A DNA stretch of 64,000 nucleotides from Candidatus Omnitrophota bacterium. GTDB taxonomy: Bacteria; Omnitrophota; Gorgyraeia; Zapsychrales; Zapsychraceae. This document shows positions 28,567 to 40,236 of the stretch, piece after piece (position 1 is the stretch's first letter; the number at the start of each line of letters is the position of its first letter). The notes beneath the pieces were generated by a model. The model was not told the origin of the DNA. It did no database searches and saw nothing but the letters and a program-made list of their open reading frames with translations. The position numbers and the translations under genes were made by a program. The stretch lies in NCBI GenBank assembly GCA_023247445.1, contig JAHFGL010000004.1, positions 72,968-136,967 on the forward strand, in the 5' to 3' direction.

Positions 28567-29625
28567 ATGAAAATCGCCTTAATCACCGGATCATTAGGCT
28601 TGATCGGATCAGAATCGGCAGAATTCTTTGCTGACCAAGGATTTAAAATTGTGGGCATCGACAATGATATGCGCCGCTATTTCTTTGGCAAAGAAGCGTC
28701 AACGGCTTGGAATAAGAAACGGCTTAAAAATAACATCAAAGATTACATCCACAACGATATTGATATCCGCAACATTGCGCAACTAGAAAGAGTTTTTAAG
28801 AAATATACCAAAGATATTAGCGTGGTGATTCATACGGCTGCTCAACCTTCTCACGATTGGGCCGCCAAGGAGCCACAGACCGATTTCACGATTAATGCCA
28901 ACGGCACGCTTAATTTATTGGAATTAACTAGGCAGCATTGCCCCAAAGCCGTTTTTATTTTCACCAGCACAAATAAAGTTTATGGCGATCGACCCAATAC
29001 GTTGCCCTTGGTTGAACAAAAACAGCGGTGGGATATTTCCAGTCGACATCCTTTTTATAACGGCATTGATGAATCGATGAGTATCGATAACTCGAAACAT
29101 TCTCTTTTTGGCGCTTCTAAAGTTGCCGCGGACATTCTTGTCCAAGAGTATGGACGATATTTTGGAATGAACACGGTTTCATTTCGAGGTGGATGTTTGA
29201 CGGGCCCACATCATTCACCGGCTGTCCTACATGGCTTTTTAGCTTATTTGATGAAATGTTGTTTGACCAAAACCCCATACACGATCTTTGGTTATAAAGG
29301 AAAGCAGGTTAGGGACAATATTCACAGCCATGATTTGGTTACAGCATTTTATGCTTTCTATAAGAATCCGCGAAAAGGGGAAGTTTATAATATCGGTGGT
29401 GGCCGGGAAAATAGCTGTTCAATTATCGAGGCCATCAGTTTGTGTCAGAAAATTTCTGGCAATAAATTAAATTATCGCGTTGTAGAAAAGAATAGAATTG
29501 GTGATCACATATGGTATATTACTGCTCTTAAAAAATTCAAAAGCCATTATCCAGCGTGGCGGTTGAAATATGATTTAGAAGAGACTTTAGGCCAAATTTA
29601 TAACAACCTTATTAAACGAGCTTAA
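28567..29625 (+). CDS. NAD-dependent epimerase (CDP-paratose 2-epimerase/RfbE-like SDR)
   Basis: [38 protein letters not shown]. Confidence 0.85.
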   Translation: MKIALITGSLGLIGSESAEFFADQGFKIVGIDNDMRRYFFGKEASTAWNKKRLKNNIKDYIHNDIDIRNIAQLERVFKKYTKDISVVIHTAAQPSHDWAAKEPQTDFTINANGTLNLLELTRQHCPKAVFIFTSTNKVYGDRPNTLPLVEQKQRWDISSRHPFYNGIDESMSIDNSKHSLFGASKVAADILVQEYGRYFGMNTVSFRGGCLTGPHHSPAVLHGFLAYLMKCCLTKTPYTIFGYKGKQVRDNIHSHDLVTAFYAFYKNPRKGEVYNIGGGRENSCSIIEAISLCQKISGNKLNYRVVEKNRIGDHIWYITALKKFKSHYPAWRLKYDLEETLGQIYNNLIKRA

Positions 29626-29628
29626 TTT

Positions 29629-30393
29629 ATGATTAATGGTAAGAAAATTATTGTTGTTCTTCCTGCCTATAATGCTGAGAAGACGCTAGAAAAAACTTAC
29701 GAAGAGATCCCCAAAGGTGTGGTTGATGAGGTTATTTTAGTTGATGATTCCTCCAAAGATCAGACCGCCCAAGTTGCTAAGAAAATTGGCATTCACACTG
29801 TTGTTCATCAAAAGAATTTAGGGTATGGAGGGAATCAAAAGACCTGTTACACAGAAGCGCTTAAGCGCGGGGCTGATATTGTGGTTATGCTTCACCCCGA
29901 TTATCAATATCCTCCTAAACTGGTGACCCCCATGGCGGCTTTAATTGCGGAAGGAATGTTTGATGTTGTTTTGGGTTCTAGGATTTTAGGTGGTTACTCA
30001 TTAAAAGGTGGTATGCCATTCTATAAATATGTAGCGAATCGTTTTTTAACTGCGTTTGAGAATATTCTTACCGGGCAGAAATTATCAGAATATCATACGG
30101 GGTACCGGGCGTTTTCAAGAGATGTGCTGCTTTCCATTCCTCTTTTAGAGAATTCAGATGATTTTATTTTTGATAACGAGATCCTAACCCAAATCTTTTA
30201 TTTTAATTATCGCGTTGGGGAAGTTACGTCGCCATGCAATTACAATAAAGATTGTTCTTCAATTAATTTTAAACGAAGCTCGATTTATGGATTGGGCGTT
30301 CTTTCTAACAGCGTAAAATATTTTCTGCAAAAAAGAAGGTTGAAGAGCTATCCTCTTTACGACGATAGAAATGGACGTAAGATCGTTATTTAA
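29629..30393 (+). CDS. GT2 glycosyltransferase (polyprenol-phosphate sugar synthase-like)
   Basis: [40 protein letters not shown]. Confidence 0.9.
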   Translation: MINGKKIIVVLPAYNAEKTLEKTYEEIPKGVVDEVILVDDSSKDQTAQVAKKIGIHTVVHQKNLGYGGNQKTCYTEALKRGADIVVMLHPDYQYPPKLVTPMAALIAEGMFDVVLGSRILGGYSLKGGMPFYKYVANRFLTAFENILTGQKLSEYHTGYRAFSRDVLLSIPLLENSDDFIFDNEILTQIFYFNYRVGEVTSPCNYNKDCSSINFKRSSIYGLGVLSNSVKYFLQKRRLKSYPLYDDRNGRKIVI

Positions 30394-31834
30394 CTCTTTT
30401 GGTTAATTTTTGTTCGAAGTAAAAAGCAATAGCGATTAGATAAAAAGGGACAATCGTAAAAAGGTAGCGCGGGATTATCTGGATCAGAGAATATAATCCA
30501 ACAAAAATCCCAATTAAAACCAGCATAAAGAAGTATATCTGAACGATTTCACTCTCCGCAGACTTGACATCAAAAATAAATTTCCTTTTCCGCCAAACAA
30601 ACCCAGCAAGATAGATCATTGACCAGATTGTAATAATAGATATGGTGAATCTCAGGCCATTTTTAAATATGGCGTTATCAAACAATCCTTCAAGCCAACT
30701 GGGATAAGTAACTGATCCAATCTTTGTCGATTCCCAAAAAAACATTTTAAGACTTTCGAGAAAAGTAAAGAATATATAAGGGATAGGACTCTTTAAAACT
30801 CTATCGACCGCAGCAGAGTTTAAGTGGCTTTCGAGTTCTGTTCGCGGAACTCCTTCATCAAGCAAGGCCATGCATTTACGATAACCAAACCCATCCGCGG
30901 AGGCGATCGACCAATAATAACAATCATCTTTGTGATCGGCCATTGATGGACAAAGACCTTCTCCTGGTATATAAGCGATGGCAGCTTTTAATTTAGTCAT
31001 GGAAAAGGGAATAGTTCGTCGGGCACTATTGGCATAGAGTAAATAACCACGATCCGCAAAATTAAAAAAACCATTGTATTTTTTGTTAAGAGATTTAAAA
31101 GAAAACATAAATAGTCCAAGAAGAATTAGAAAAGTTGTTATAAAAACAAAACTATTTAAAGTCACTCTATAATTTTTTTTAAAAAGAGATCGCATGAGAA
31201 GGATGATAAACGGAAAAAGAAGTGCAACCGCGATATAGCCAAAGATGGCTTTCACACACGTAATAAGAATAAAAAGAAAAGTTAATAAAGCCGCCTGTAA
31301 AAAAGCTTTTCCAATGGAGCATTGTTCAAACATGCGCCAGGTTTTTAAGATCACAAAAATGATGGCTAAAATCAGGGGATAAGTAATGATTTCAGAGTAT
31401 AGGCTAAAGGTTGAATTAATGAGCGCCGGAGAGAACCCTATATAGAGAATAGTTGTACTTATGATCCAAGGCGTAATATTTAATCTTCTTAAAAGTCGAT
31501 AGGTCAGAAACTGGGTTAGTAATAAAAAAGCAATTTGGATGATTGTTTGGATTTTTAGATAAGAGAAAGATGTCCAGCTAGCGATTTTCATCGATAGCGT
31601 AATCAAAAGCGGATAAAGTGGTTCGCGGGCTGGGCCATTTTGAAAATAGCCAACGAGTCCGTGCTCATAAATAATTTTCCCTAAACGTTCATACTCCAGG
31701 GCATCATTGGTAACTTGTATGGAACTAAAAAAGAAAAGATAGGTGGTGTAGAGAAGGGTCGTTAAGAAAGGAATTATGAATATAAGTTTTGTTTGGTTGG
31801 GCGATATTGTGCGTCCATTCATTGCCCCCATCAT
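30386..31834 (-). CDS. Multi-pass membrane protein, GT-C-like glycosyltransferase (paralogue 1)
   Basis: DA..YE after TM1, [18 protein letters not shown], late RY; about 12 TMs. Confidence 0.6.
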   Translation of the reverse strand: MMGAMNGRTISPNQTKLIFIIPFLTTLLYTTYLFFFSSIQVTNDALEYERLGKIIYEHGLVGYFQNGPAREPLYPLLITLSMKIASWTSFSYLKIQTIIQIAFLLLTQFLTYRLLRRLNITPWIISTTILYIGFSPALINSTFSLYSEIITYPLILAIIFVILKTWRMFEQCSIGKAFLQAALLTFLFILITCVKAIFGYIAVALLFPFIILLMRSLFKKNYRVTLNSFVFITTFLILLGLFMFSFKSLNKKYNGFFNFADRGYLLYANSARRTIPFSMTKLKAAIAYIPGEGLCPSMADHKDDCYYWSIASADGFGYRKCMALLDEGVPRTELESHLNSAAVDRVLKSPIPYIFFTFLESLKMFFWESTKIGSVTYPSWLEGLFDNAIFKNGLRFTISIITIWSMIYLAGFVWRKRKFIFDVKSAESEIVQIYFFMLVLIGIFVGLYSLIQIIPRYLFTIVPFYLIAIAFYFEQKLTKRVK

Positions 31835-31858
31835 AGCGTAAAATGAAAAGAATTCAAG

Positions 31859-32575
31859 TTAGGAGAGAAAATTATACCTTAAAATACAATAAATCGCGTG
31901 AAGACCATCTTTCCAGCTAATTTTCTTACCTTGCTGGTATGTCCGTCCGCTATAGGAAACACCAACCTCATAGATTCGACAGTTTAGTTTTGCTACTTTT
32001 GCTGTAATCTCAGGTTCAAAACCAAAACGGTTTTCTTGTATGTCAATTTGTTTGATAATCTCTTTGCGGAAAACTTTATAACATGATTCCATGTCGGTTA
32101 AATTGATATTTGTACACATGTTAGAAAGAAGGGTTAAGAATTTATTTCCCACCATATGCCAGAAATAAAGGACACGATGTTCTTTCCCGCCAATAAAGCG
32201 TGAGCCATATACGACATCGGCCTTGCCATCTAAGAGAGGTTTAATGAGAACAGGATATTCGCTGGGATCATATTCTAAATCAGCATCTTGGATAATGATG
32301 ATATCGCCGGTCGCCGCTTTAAATCCACTGCGTAGCGCAGCCCCTTTGCCCATGTTTTGTTCATGGTAGATGATTTTAGCCACGGTGCCTTCGAGTTTTG
32401 TTTTTAATATATCCCGCGTTCCATCGGTTGAATAATCATCAATGATGATGATTTCGCGATGAGGGATGTCAGCGGCCTGGACGCGTTTAACGATTTCTAG
32501 AATGTATTCTTTTTCGTTAAAGCAAGGGATGACGATCGAAATAAGGACGTTACTAACTTTTTGGGAACCCTGCAC
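31859..32575 (-). CDS. GT2 glycosyltransferase (DPM1-like)
   Basis: [48 protein letters not shown]. Confidence 0.92.
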   Translation of the reverse strand: MQGSQKVSNVLISIVIPCFNEKEYILEIVKRVQAADIPHREIIIIDDYSTDGTRDILKTKLEGTVAKIIYHEQNMGKGAALRSGFKAATGDIIIIQDADLEYDPSEYPVLIKPLLDGKADVVYGSRFIGGKEHRVLYFWHMVGNKFLTLLSNMCTNINLTDMESCYKVFRKEIIKQIDIQENRFGFEPEITAKVAKLNCRIYEVGVSYSGRTYQQGKKISWKDGLHAIYCILRYNFLS

Positions 32576-32744
32576 TCACATTCTCCACATAAAATTTATA
32601 CAAGACTAAACAAAAACATCACTAATCTAAAACTATTTTTAGATAAAGTAAAGTTAAATATTTTTTGTCATTGATTTTGAAATAGGGAAGACGCCAATTG
32701 TATTCTTCTGATTTTTCATTAAAATAGGGTTTAATAATAATTCT

Positions 32745-34178
32745 ATGAATATAAGAAATCACATGCCCAAATCCCGCGCCAAAATTGCTATTTTTGTATC
32801 CTTTGCCCTATGCTTGCTTTATTGGGGATACTTGTTTAAAACAGCTCGAATGGAAATCATTTTTGACGCCATTAGTTATGAAAATTCGGGGCAGTTGCTT
32901 TATAAACAAGGATGGCTTGAATATTTTAGAACAGGTCCTAATCGCGAACCGTTATACCCATTTCTCATCTCAATATCGATGCGGCTGGCGGATGTTTTTC
33001 TGGTGCCTTATCAATCTATTCAGATTTTTCTACAGCTTATTATTTTATTTATTACTCAGCTTTTAACACTGAACATCCTTAAAAAGTTAAAGGTCAGTTC
33101 CCTAATTGAAGTCTTAACCATTTTATATATTGGTTTCTCTCCCGCGCTTGTTAATTCAGCATTTAGCTTGTTTTCAGAAATTGCCACGTATCCGTTTGTT
33201 TTATTAATTATCCTAACAGGGGTAAGATCGTGGTCACTACTTCTTACGGGCAGCAACATGAGTCGGTGCATTCGCAGTGGTTTTTTATTAGGAATACTGT
33301 TTATTTTAGCTACCTGTACCAAGGTTACATTTCAGTACATTCTGTTATTTTTCCTAATCCCCTATATTTATTTAATGTTTGATGCTTTCTTAAATAAAAA
33401 TAAGGAACGTCTGTTTAAGGTCATCATTTTTTTAGTTATTTTTAGTGCCACATTTTTTTCCTTCCTCATCACATATAAATCATTAAATAGAATATATAAT
33501 GGCCACTACACCTTTACTGATCGTGGGCCGTACCTTTTGTATGGAAATACCGCCAAGCGCCTACAGGAATTGACGCCACGTAAGATTCTTACCTGCGCCG
33601 CATATACATTGGGCGAGGGACTTTGTTATTCTCTTTTTGATAAAAAGGATTGCGACGTTTGGAATCTTTGGCGAGTTGAAACACTCGGGGCTTTTAAAAG
33701 ACAAGAGGCCGATAAAACTTATCTGCCGGCGGATGTTGATGCTCAGATTATGAAAAGTGCTATTAGCGAGGCCCTTAAGAATCCTTTGCAATATGTTTTT
33801 ATTACATCCATTGAGTCTTTTAAAATATTCTTTTGGGAATCAACTAGAATCGGATGTGTTACTTATCCTGCGTGGCTTTCGACAATTTACAACATGTCAT
33901 TTTTTAAGAATTTCTTAAGATTAATTCTGTCGGCCCTATCATTTATTTCGATTGTGTATGTTGTAAAGTATATTGTTTCTCGGCGAAAACTATTGATAAG
34001 CCCTACAGGTGAAGAACAGGAGAGTGTTCGGATTTTCTTTTTTATAATGGTTCTAATGGCAGGATTTTTATTTATACACTTATTCTTTTTTCTTGTTACC
34101 CGCTATATTTTCCCCATCGTCCCGTTATTTCTTATTTGCATCGCCGTTAGCTTCCAAAAACTTGTTATTAAGAAATAG
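32745..34178 (+). CDS. Multi-pass membrane protein, GT-C-like glycosyltransferase (paralogue 2)
   Basis: Shares [30 protein letters not shown] and FFWEST.IG.VTYP.WL with 30386-31834. Confidence 0.6.
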   Translation: MNIRNHMPKSRAKIAIFVSFALCLLYWGYLFKTARMEIIFDAISYENSGQLLYKQGWLEYFRTGPNREPLYPFLISISMRLADVFLVPYQSIQIFLQLIILFITQLLTLNILKKLKVSSLIEVLTILYIGFSPALVNSAFSLFSEIATYPFVLLIILTGVRSWSLLLTGSNMSRCIRSGFLLGILFILATCTKVTFQYILLFFLIPYIYLMFDAFLNKNKERLFKVIIFLVIFSATFFSFLITYKSLNRIYNGHYTFTDRGPYLLYGNTAKRLQELTPRKILTCAAYTLGEGLCYSLFDKKDCDVWNLWRVETLGAFKRQEADKTYLPADVDAQIMKSAISEALKNPLQYVFITSIESFKIFFWESTRIGCVTYPAWLSTIYNMSFFKNFLRLILSALSFISIVYVVKYIVSRRKLLISPTGEEQESVRIFFFIMVLMAGFLFIHLFFFLVTRYIFPIVPLFLICIAVSFQKLVIKK

Positions 34179-34180
34179 AT

Positions 34181-34801
34181 TTAACGAAAGGGAACCCGGG
34201 GGTTGGTTTTAAATCTTTCTTCTAACGCACGTGTTAGGACGGGTTTATTATTAACTTTTTTTAGATGCTGAAGTTGTTCTTTCGCTTTGGGAATATTGCC
34301 AAGCTTGATGTAATTAATACCCATCTCATAATAGGCTTCGGTAAAAAGATCGCTATGTTTGACGGTTTCCTCAAATAAGTTAATGGCCTTAAGATATTCA
34401 CCTTTTTGGGTGTAATCCAGCCCCAGTTGGTAAGCCGCTGTTGCATAATCAACATCGCGTCTGTAATCTTTTTTGACAAGATGTACCTTGTCGGGATCTT
34501 GGCCTAGGTTAACGAATTCTTGAAAATACGCTAATTTTTGCTGATCATCGCCCATTTTTCCATAAAGCACGCCTAATTCGTAATATGTCTGATTATAAGA
34601 CGGATTATGGTGCAACGCTTTTTTGTATAATTGTATGGCCCTAGGATAGTCATTCTTTTGTTCATATTTTTGGGCTAATGTACCATAAAGCTTTGCGTAG
34701 GTAGGGATGGGGATAAAAAGCTCAATTAATCGTAAGAGAAGTAGGCCAGCTACGGCGGCGATGATAATTCTGGGTTGCAGGTTGGATATTTTCATGTCCA
34801 T
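34181..34801 (-). CDS. Membrane-anchored TPR protein
   Basis: N-terminal TM followed by TPR units (AIQLYKKAL..NP....YYELG; AYYEMG). Confidence 0.8.
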   Translation of the reverse strand: MDMKISNLQPRIIIAAVAGLLLLRLIELFIPIPTYAKLYGTLAQKYEQKNDYPRAIQLYKKALHHNPSYNQTYYELGVLYGKMGDDQQKLAYFQEFVNLGQDPDKVHLVKKDYRRDVDYATAAYQLGLDYTQKGEYLKAINLFEETVKHSDLFTEAYYEMGINYIKLGNIPKAKEQLQHLKKVNNKPVLTRALEERFKTNPRVPFR

Positions 34802-34927
34802 TGAAAAGCCATTGTAATATTAAAATTTATGGGTATCAATGAAATTGTTGTGCATGTATCTAACCCCTTGAGGTTTCGGATGTTTCTTTTCTGTTAAAAT
34901 TGAGATAAATTTTCATCGATTGATTGC

Positions 34928-34977
34928 TTGACAATTGAAGGTTCTTTTCTATAATGATGTTCATAAACTGAACATCA
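34928..34977 (+). promoter_or_regulatory. Sigma70 promoter with overlapping palindromic operator
   Basis: TTGACA (34928-34933), 16-nt spacer, TATAAT (34950-34955); perfect inverted repeat TGATGTTCA-N5-TGAACATCA (34955-34977). Confidence 0.8.
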
Positions 34978-34982
34978 CTGCC

Positions 34983-35567
34983 ATGCCACAAGAAACCCTA
35001 AACGAAAGAGAATTTGAACTTGTTAATATCATTGGCGCCAAGCTCGGCTCCAATCAGCGCGATTTGTCGCGCATTATGGATCTTTCTTTAGGGATGATCA
35101 ACATGCTCGTCCGCCGAATGATCGCCAAAGGCTATATCCGCATCAACCAGCTTAGTAAACGTAAAGTCGAATATCTCCTAACAACAAAAGGTTTTAGTGA
35201 AAAGACGCGTAAATCTGTTAAGTATACGCTTAAGACTATTGATTCCATTAGTCGTATCAAAATTCGACTTAAAGATGTTTTAAAGGAAGTTGTTCACAAA
35301 GACCAAATCAAAGAATTTATTATTTTAGGGAAGTCAGATTTTGCCTTTATTGTTGAAATGGTTTTAAGAGAATTAGATACACAGAATTATAAGATTTTGC
35401 ATGTTGAGGAGCCGCCATCCAAACAAAATGGGGCTTTACTTTTAATTTGTCGGGAAGGCTATGACGCGCTTAAAGGAGATCATGTGGTTAATGTGATCCA
35501 TGAGCTTGCGAAAGATTATCATTTCGCTGAATTTAAAACAGAAGGGGCTGGTAAAGGTGCAAGTTAA
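34983..35567 (+). CDS. MarR-like winged-helix regulator, polysaccharide-locus associated
   Basis: NQRDLSR.MDLSLGMINMLVRRMIAKGYI...EYLLT.KGF.EK. ATG 34983 is the first start downstream of the promoter. Confidence 0.85.
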   Translation: MPQETLNEREFELVNIIGAKLGSNQRDLSRIMDLSLGMINMLVRRMIAKGYIRINQLSKRKVEYLLTTKGFSEKTRKSVKYTLKTIDSISRIKIRLKDVLKEVVHKDQIKEFIILGKSDFAFIVEMVLRELDTQNYKILHVEEPPSKQNGALLLICREGYDALKGDHVVNVIHELAKDYHFAEFKTEGAGKGAS

Positions 35568-37362
35568 AAAGAGATTTGAAGATCTCAAGATTTTATTATT
35601 TTTCTTTCGCGAGCACAAGATAAGTGCTGGTTATGTTTTTTTGATGATGGTCCTTTCTAGTGTTTTTGAATCCGTTAATGTGGCGGCCCTTTATCCTGTC
35701 ATTAATTATGGTCTAAAGATGGATGGCGGCGGGCAAGGGCTCAAATGGCTTGAATTTGTGCTACATTCGTTCCGCTTTAATAATTTGTTTTTAGGATCTT
35801 GTTTACTTTTAATAGCGATTACGATGGTGGCTACTTCGTTAAAGATTTATTATCACTACTTGTCTAATAAGCTCATTATGCGGATCATTGCCGAGAATCA
35901 GAATAGTATTTTTCAGAAGCTCGCCTCTATGGAATATAAATATTTTGTTAAAAGTCAGCAAGGAAAGCTTATTTATGCCTCAACGGTTGCTCCAATAGGG
36001 ATTTCTTCTAATATTTTTTCTGCAGTCCGAAGTGCCAACTCTTTTGTCACCATTTTATTTTTGGCAACATTGATGATGTTTTTAACCTGGCAAGGCATGG
36101 TCTTTGTTATTGTTCTTGGAATTTTTTATATTTTCTTTGTCAGAAAAATTCTTAATCATTTTGTTCGTCAATTTTCACATTTAAGTGTCGAGGAAGATGA
36201 GAAAAAGAATATTATTCTCAATGAATTTATTAGTGGTATTAAGTCGATTAAGGCCTTTCATGTGGAATCTCTTTGGCAGGAGAGATTTTCTCAATCCGTT
36301 TTGCGCAGTGCCCAGTTTCGTTTTCAAGTTGTGCTTGGGCATGTTCTTCCTGACAGTTTTCTTAAGTTTATTTTTTTTAGCGGGATCGGTCTTATGGGAT
36401 TAGCGCTGGGCTTCTCTAATACAGGCAACATGATGAGTTTACTTCCGGCCTTGGGAACCTTTGCCATTGTCGCTAGCCGGATCATTCCCTATATCAACCT
36501 TTTTGGTAACGATATTGTTGCGGTCGCCCGTTACATGCCAGATATGAAAATTGTTTATGATCTTTTACACGAACAGATGGCAGAAAATTGGACAGGAACA
36601 AAAGCCCTCGGTCATTTCCAGAATAAGATTCAATTTCGAGATGTTTGGTTTAAATATGATGGGGCAGCAAATTTTTTATTTAAGGGACTAAACTTCTCGA
36701 TTGAAAAGGGAAAAGTCACCGCGGTTGTCGGACCATCAGGCGCTGGAAAATCTACGATTATTAATCTTCTTCTTAGCCTATTTTCAGTCGCAAAAGGAGA
36801 GATTTTATTGGATGGAATAAATATTAAAGAGTTTAGTCGTGAGTCTTATTTGCAAAAAGTTGGCTATATTTCGCAAGAGACATTTATTTTTAATGGCACG
36901 ATTCGCGATAATATTTGTTTTGGACTTAGTTATTCAGATGAAGAGATAATCGCCGCGGCTCAACTCGCCAATGCGCATGAATTTATTTTAGCTGCCGAGA
37001 AAGGGTATGACACGATTGTCGGTGATGCCGGGATTAAGCTTTCCGGTGGACAACGCCAGCGTCTCGCGATTGCTCGCGCCATGCTTCGCCGTCCAGAAAT
37101 TCTCATTTTGGATGAGGCAACGAGCTCTCTAGATAATGTTAGCGAACGACAAGTTCAACAAGCCATTAATAATATTGCTCATCGCACAACCGTTTTTCTT
37201 GTGGCTCATCGCCTTTCAACGGTTCAGAACGCTGATAAAATTGTTGTCTTAGAACATGGTCAGATTGCGGAAGAGGGAACGCATGAGCAATTGATAAAGA
37301 ATCGCCGGGCATATTTTCAACTTTATACAACGACGCAAATAGGGGATGAAATAAAAATATGA
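35557..37362 (+). CDS. ABC transporter permease/ATPase (PglK/MsbA-like glycan flippase)
   Basis: TM domain plus GPSGAGKS, LSGGQRQR, ILDEATSSLD; glycan operon context. Start uncertain (35500 or 35557). Confidence 0.85.
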   Translation: MQVKKRFEDLKILLFFFREHKISAGYVFLMMVLSSVFESVNVAALYPVINYGLKMDGGGQGLKWLEFVLHSFRFNNLFLGSCLLLIAITMVATSLKIYYHYLSNKLIMRIIAENQNSIFQKLASMEYKYFVKSQQGKLIYASTVAPIGISSNIFSAVRSANSFVTILFLATLMMFLTWQGMVFVIVLGIFYIFFVRKILNHFVRQFSHLSVEEDEKKNIILNEFISGIKSIKAFHVESLWQERFSQSVLRSAQFRFQVVLGHVLPDSFLKFIFFSGIGLMGLALGFSNTGNMMSLLPALGTFAIVASRIIPYINLFGNDIVAVARYMPDMKIVYDLLHEQMAENWTGTKALGHFQNKIQFRDVWFKYDGAANFLFKGLNFSIEKGKVTAVVGPSGAGKSTIINLLLSLFSVAKGEILLDGINIKEFSRESYLQKVGYISQETFIFNGTIRDNICFGLSYSDEEIIAAAQLANAHEFILAAEKGYDTIVGDAGIKLSGGQRQRLAIARAMLRRPEILILDEATSSLDNVSERQVQQAINNIAHRTTVFLVAHRLSTVQNADKIVVLEHGQIAEEGTHEQLIKNRRAYFQLYTTTQIGDEIKI

Positions 37363-38333
37363 AAACAGTGCTTATTACGGGAGCTGGAGGTTTTATTGGT
37401 TCTCATCTGACGGAATTATGTGTTGCGCGCGGACTTAAAGTCAGGGCCTTTGTTCGATATAACTCAATGAACAAGCGCGGCTGGTTAGAAGATTCAAAAT
37501 ATAAGGATGATATTGAATTTATATCGGGAGATATTAGGGATTATGATTCTGTTGTTAAAGCGATGAAAGGCTCTGAGGAGGTTTATCATCTGGCTGCTTT
37601 AATTGGGATTCCGTATTCCTATGTTTCGCCGCTGGCCTATATTAAAACGAATGTCGAGGGAACTTACAATGTGCTTGAGGCGGCCAAGGAACTTAATTTG
37701 AAAAAGATTTTAGTGACATCAACAAGTGAGACTTATGGAACAGCCCAATATGTTCCTATCGATGAAAAACATCCGGCCAATGGTCAATCTCCGTATGCGG
37801 CCACTAAGGTGGCGGCTGATCAATTAGCGCAAAGTTATTATTTATCGTTTGGCCTACCGGTTAAGATTATCCGTCCATTTAATACCTTTGGCCCACGCCA
37901 ATCGGCGCGCGCAATTATTCCCACGATTATCACTCAACTTCTAAACGATAAAAAACAACTGCGTTTAGGCAATACAAATCCTACACGCGATTTTACATTT
38001 GTTAAAGATACGGCGAGCGCATTTCTTGAAGTGGCCAAAGCCAAGGGTTTATATGCGGATGTGGTCAATGTTGGGATGAATGAAGAGATCTCGATTAAAG
38101 ATTTAGCGTACCTTATTGGAAAAATTTTAAAGAAACCTGTCGATATTGCAGAAGACAAGCAGAGAGTTCGGCGTAAGGGCACGGAAGTCGAGAGACTTCG
38201 TTGTCAAAACGCCAAGATTAGAAAAATGACAAATTGGAAACCGCGCTACAGCTTGGAAAAAGGTCTTGTTGAGACGATTGCGTTTATGAAAGATCAATTG
38301 AGTTTATATAAAGCAGATATTTATAACATTTAA
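37359..38333 (+). CDS. legB: NDP-GlcNAc 4,6-dehydratase (LegB-like)
   Basis: TGAGGFIGSHL, HLAALIGIPYSY, QSPYAATK, RPFNTFGPRQSARA. Confidence 0.8.
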   Translation: MKTVLITGAGGFIGSHLTELCVARGLKVRAFVRYNSMNKRGWLEDSKYKDDIEFISGDIRDYDSVVKAMKGSEEVYHLAALIGIPYSYVSPLAYIKTNVEGTYNVLEAAKELNLKKILVTSTSETYGTAQYVPIDEKHPANGQSPYAATKVAADQLAQSYYLSFGLPVKIIRPFNTFGPRQSARAIIPTIITQLLNDKKQLRLGNTNPTRDFTFVKDTASAFLEVAKAKGLYADVVNVGMNEEISIKDLAYLIGKILKKPVDIAEDKQRVRRKGTEVERLRCQNAKIRKMTNWKPRYSLEKGLVETIAFMKDQLSLYKADIYNI

Positions 38334-38348
38334 TTAATTGTTTGGAGC

Positions 38349-39302
38349 ATGATGAAGAAAAAGAAAATTTTATTATTTGGATCAGGGTATATGGCCAATG
38401 AATATCTTAAGGTTCTTAAGGCCTTATCATGTGATGTTTTTATTATTGGACGCAACAGACAGAAAGTGAAAGCTTTGGCTGATTCCTATGGTTTTAAGGG
38501 TTGTGGCGGAGGCACCAGTGGGCTCAAGAATGTGGATTGCGGAGATTTTGATTGGGTCATTAATGCTGTTCCGGTGGATAAGTTGTTTGAAGTTACTTCA
38601 GCGTGCGTACAACATGGATTATCCAATATTTTGATTGAGAAGCCAGGGGCATTAAATCTCAATGAATTAAATGCATTAAAAAAGAAAGAAAAAAAAGGCA
38701 TCAATATTAGAGTTGCGTGCAACCGAAGATTCTATGGTTCGGTTCAGGCTCTTCGTGAACGGATTAAAGAAGATGGCGGCATCGTTGGATGCTTTTTTGA
38801 TTTTACGGATAGAGAAAAAGATATTTTCGAAGCGGCGAAGGGAAGTTCCTTTGTTGATCGGTGGGGCTGGGCTAATTCCATGCATGTGATTGACTTGGCA
38901 TTTCATTTGATTGGATTGCCGCAGCAGATAAAGACGTTTCGGGATGCTGGCTGGAAATTTCATCCTACAGGAAATGTTTTTACTGGCAGTGGACGCAGTG
39001 AAAAAAGTTTGTTTAGTTATTATTCGACATGGTCCGGAGGCGGCCGTTGGGCTGTTGAGATTTCAACACCAGAAGGCCGGTACAAACTTTCTCCGTTAGA
39101 AAAGTTGGCTTTTTGTAAGAAAAATCAGTTTAATTGGGAAGAAAAAGAATTTGCGATGGAACATGATACGCAATTTAAGCCCGGGCTTTATAAAATGGTT
39201 AACGAAGTCATATTAAATAACCGGCCAAATACGTTACCAACCTTGGATGAACAAATTAGACTTTATAAGGTTACTCAGAAAATTTTTGGTTATGAAAATT
39301 AA
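38349..39302 (+). CDS. Gfo/Idh/MocA family oxidoreductase
   Basis: GSGYMA, ILIEKPG, NRRFY, ANSMHVIDLAF. Confidence 0.85.
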   Translation: MMKKKKILLFGSGYMANEYLKVLKALSCDVFIIGRNRQKVKALADSYGFKGCGGGTSGLKNVDCGDFDWVINAVPVDKLFEVTSACVQHGLSNILIEKPGALNLNELNALKKKEKKGINIRVACNRRFYGSVQALRERIKEDGGIVGCFFDFTDREKDIFEAAKGSSFVDRWGWANSMHVIDLAFHLIGLPQQIKTFRDAGWKFHPTGNVFTGSGRSEKSLFSYYSTWSGGGRWAVEISTPEGRYKLSPLEKLAFCKKNQFNWEEKEFAMEHDTQFKPGLYKMVNEVILNNRPNTLPTLDEQIRLYKVTQKIFGYEN

Positions 39303-40236
39303 TATCGTCATCATAGGTTTGGGCAATATTGGCAAACGACATTTGCAGGCAGTCAGCCGACTTTCCTATTGTTCTGAAATTCTAGGTTATGTTCTTAACT
39401 TGGAAGACAAGAAGGTGATTGCTGAGTTTTGTCAGAAAAATAATATTTCGACAGAAAATTTAAGATTGGTCACAAATTTTGATGATACCCTTAAGGCAAT
39501 TACAGAACGCACGATTGTGATCGTTTCCACAACCGCCAAAGGTCGGGTCAAAATCATAGAGCAGGTTTTAAAACATCGACCGTTAGCGATTATTGCCGAG
39601 AAACCCTTATGCCAAAATCCATCGGAATATGAACATTTGATCAATTTAGTTAAGGAATATAATATTCCAATCTACGGCAATTTTCCTAAACATATGTACC
39701 CTGTTTACCAGAAAATAAATCATTTGTTGAAGGCGGGTTCGATTACATCCTTTAATGCCATAACCTGGGGCGGGATGGCGTGCGCTGGTATCCATGCATT
39801 GGAACTGATGACTTGGCTTTTAGCTGTCAAAGATTACAAAATATTAAAAGCCGTTTGCCATAAAGAGTTTGCTTCCAAACGAGATGGGTTTATGGACTTT
39901 GCCGCTGATTTAGTTTTAGAAGTCAATGGCGGAATTGTCTGTTCATTGTCGGCATCGGAAGATAAAAAGTTAGAAATTTATGACATCGCCTCAGAAGAAA
40001 AAAAATATAGTGTTTGTGAATCTTCTGGAAAAATACTTGAGGTTAATAATAACGCAGAGTTCTTGGTTTCTGATCTTGAGATTCTTCATGTTAGTCAAAT
40101 TACTGACCAGATTGTTGATGATATTGTCAAAGGGGGCAAGGTCAGGCTTCCCGATGTTTATGAGTCCTATACTGCGCATAAGATATTATTTGAGTGCATG
40201 AAGTTATGTAATTTGGAGAGGCTTAATATCACATGA
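39292..40236 (+). CDS. Gfo/Idh/MocA family oxidoreductase
   Basis: IIGLGNIGKRH, AEKPL, GIHALEL; ATG 39292. Confidence 0.82.
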   Translation: MKINIVIIGLGNIGKRHLQAVSRLSYCSEILGYVLNLEDKKVIAEFCQKNNISTENLRLVTNFDDTLKAITERTIVIVSTTAKGRVKIIEQVLKHRPLAIIAEKPLCQNPSEYEHLINLVKEYNIPIYGNFPKHMYPVYQKINHLLKAGSITSFNAITWGGMACAGIHALELMTWLLAVKDYKILKAVCHKEFASKRDGFMDFAADLVLEVNGGIVCSLSASEDKKLEIYDIASEEKKYSVCESSGKILEVNNNAEFLVSDLEILHVSQITDQIVDDIVKGGKVRLPDVYESYTAHKILFECMKLCNLERLNIT

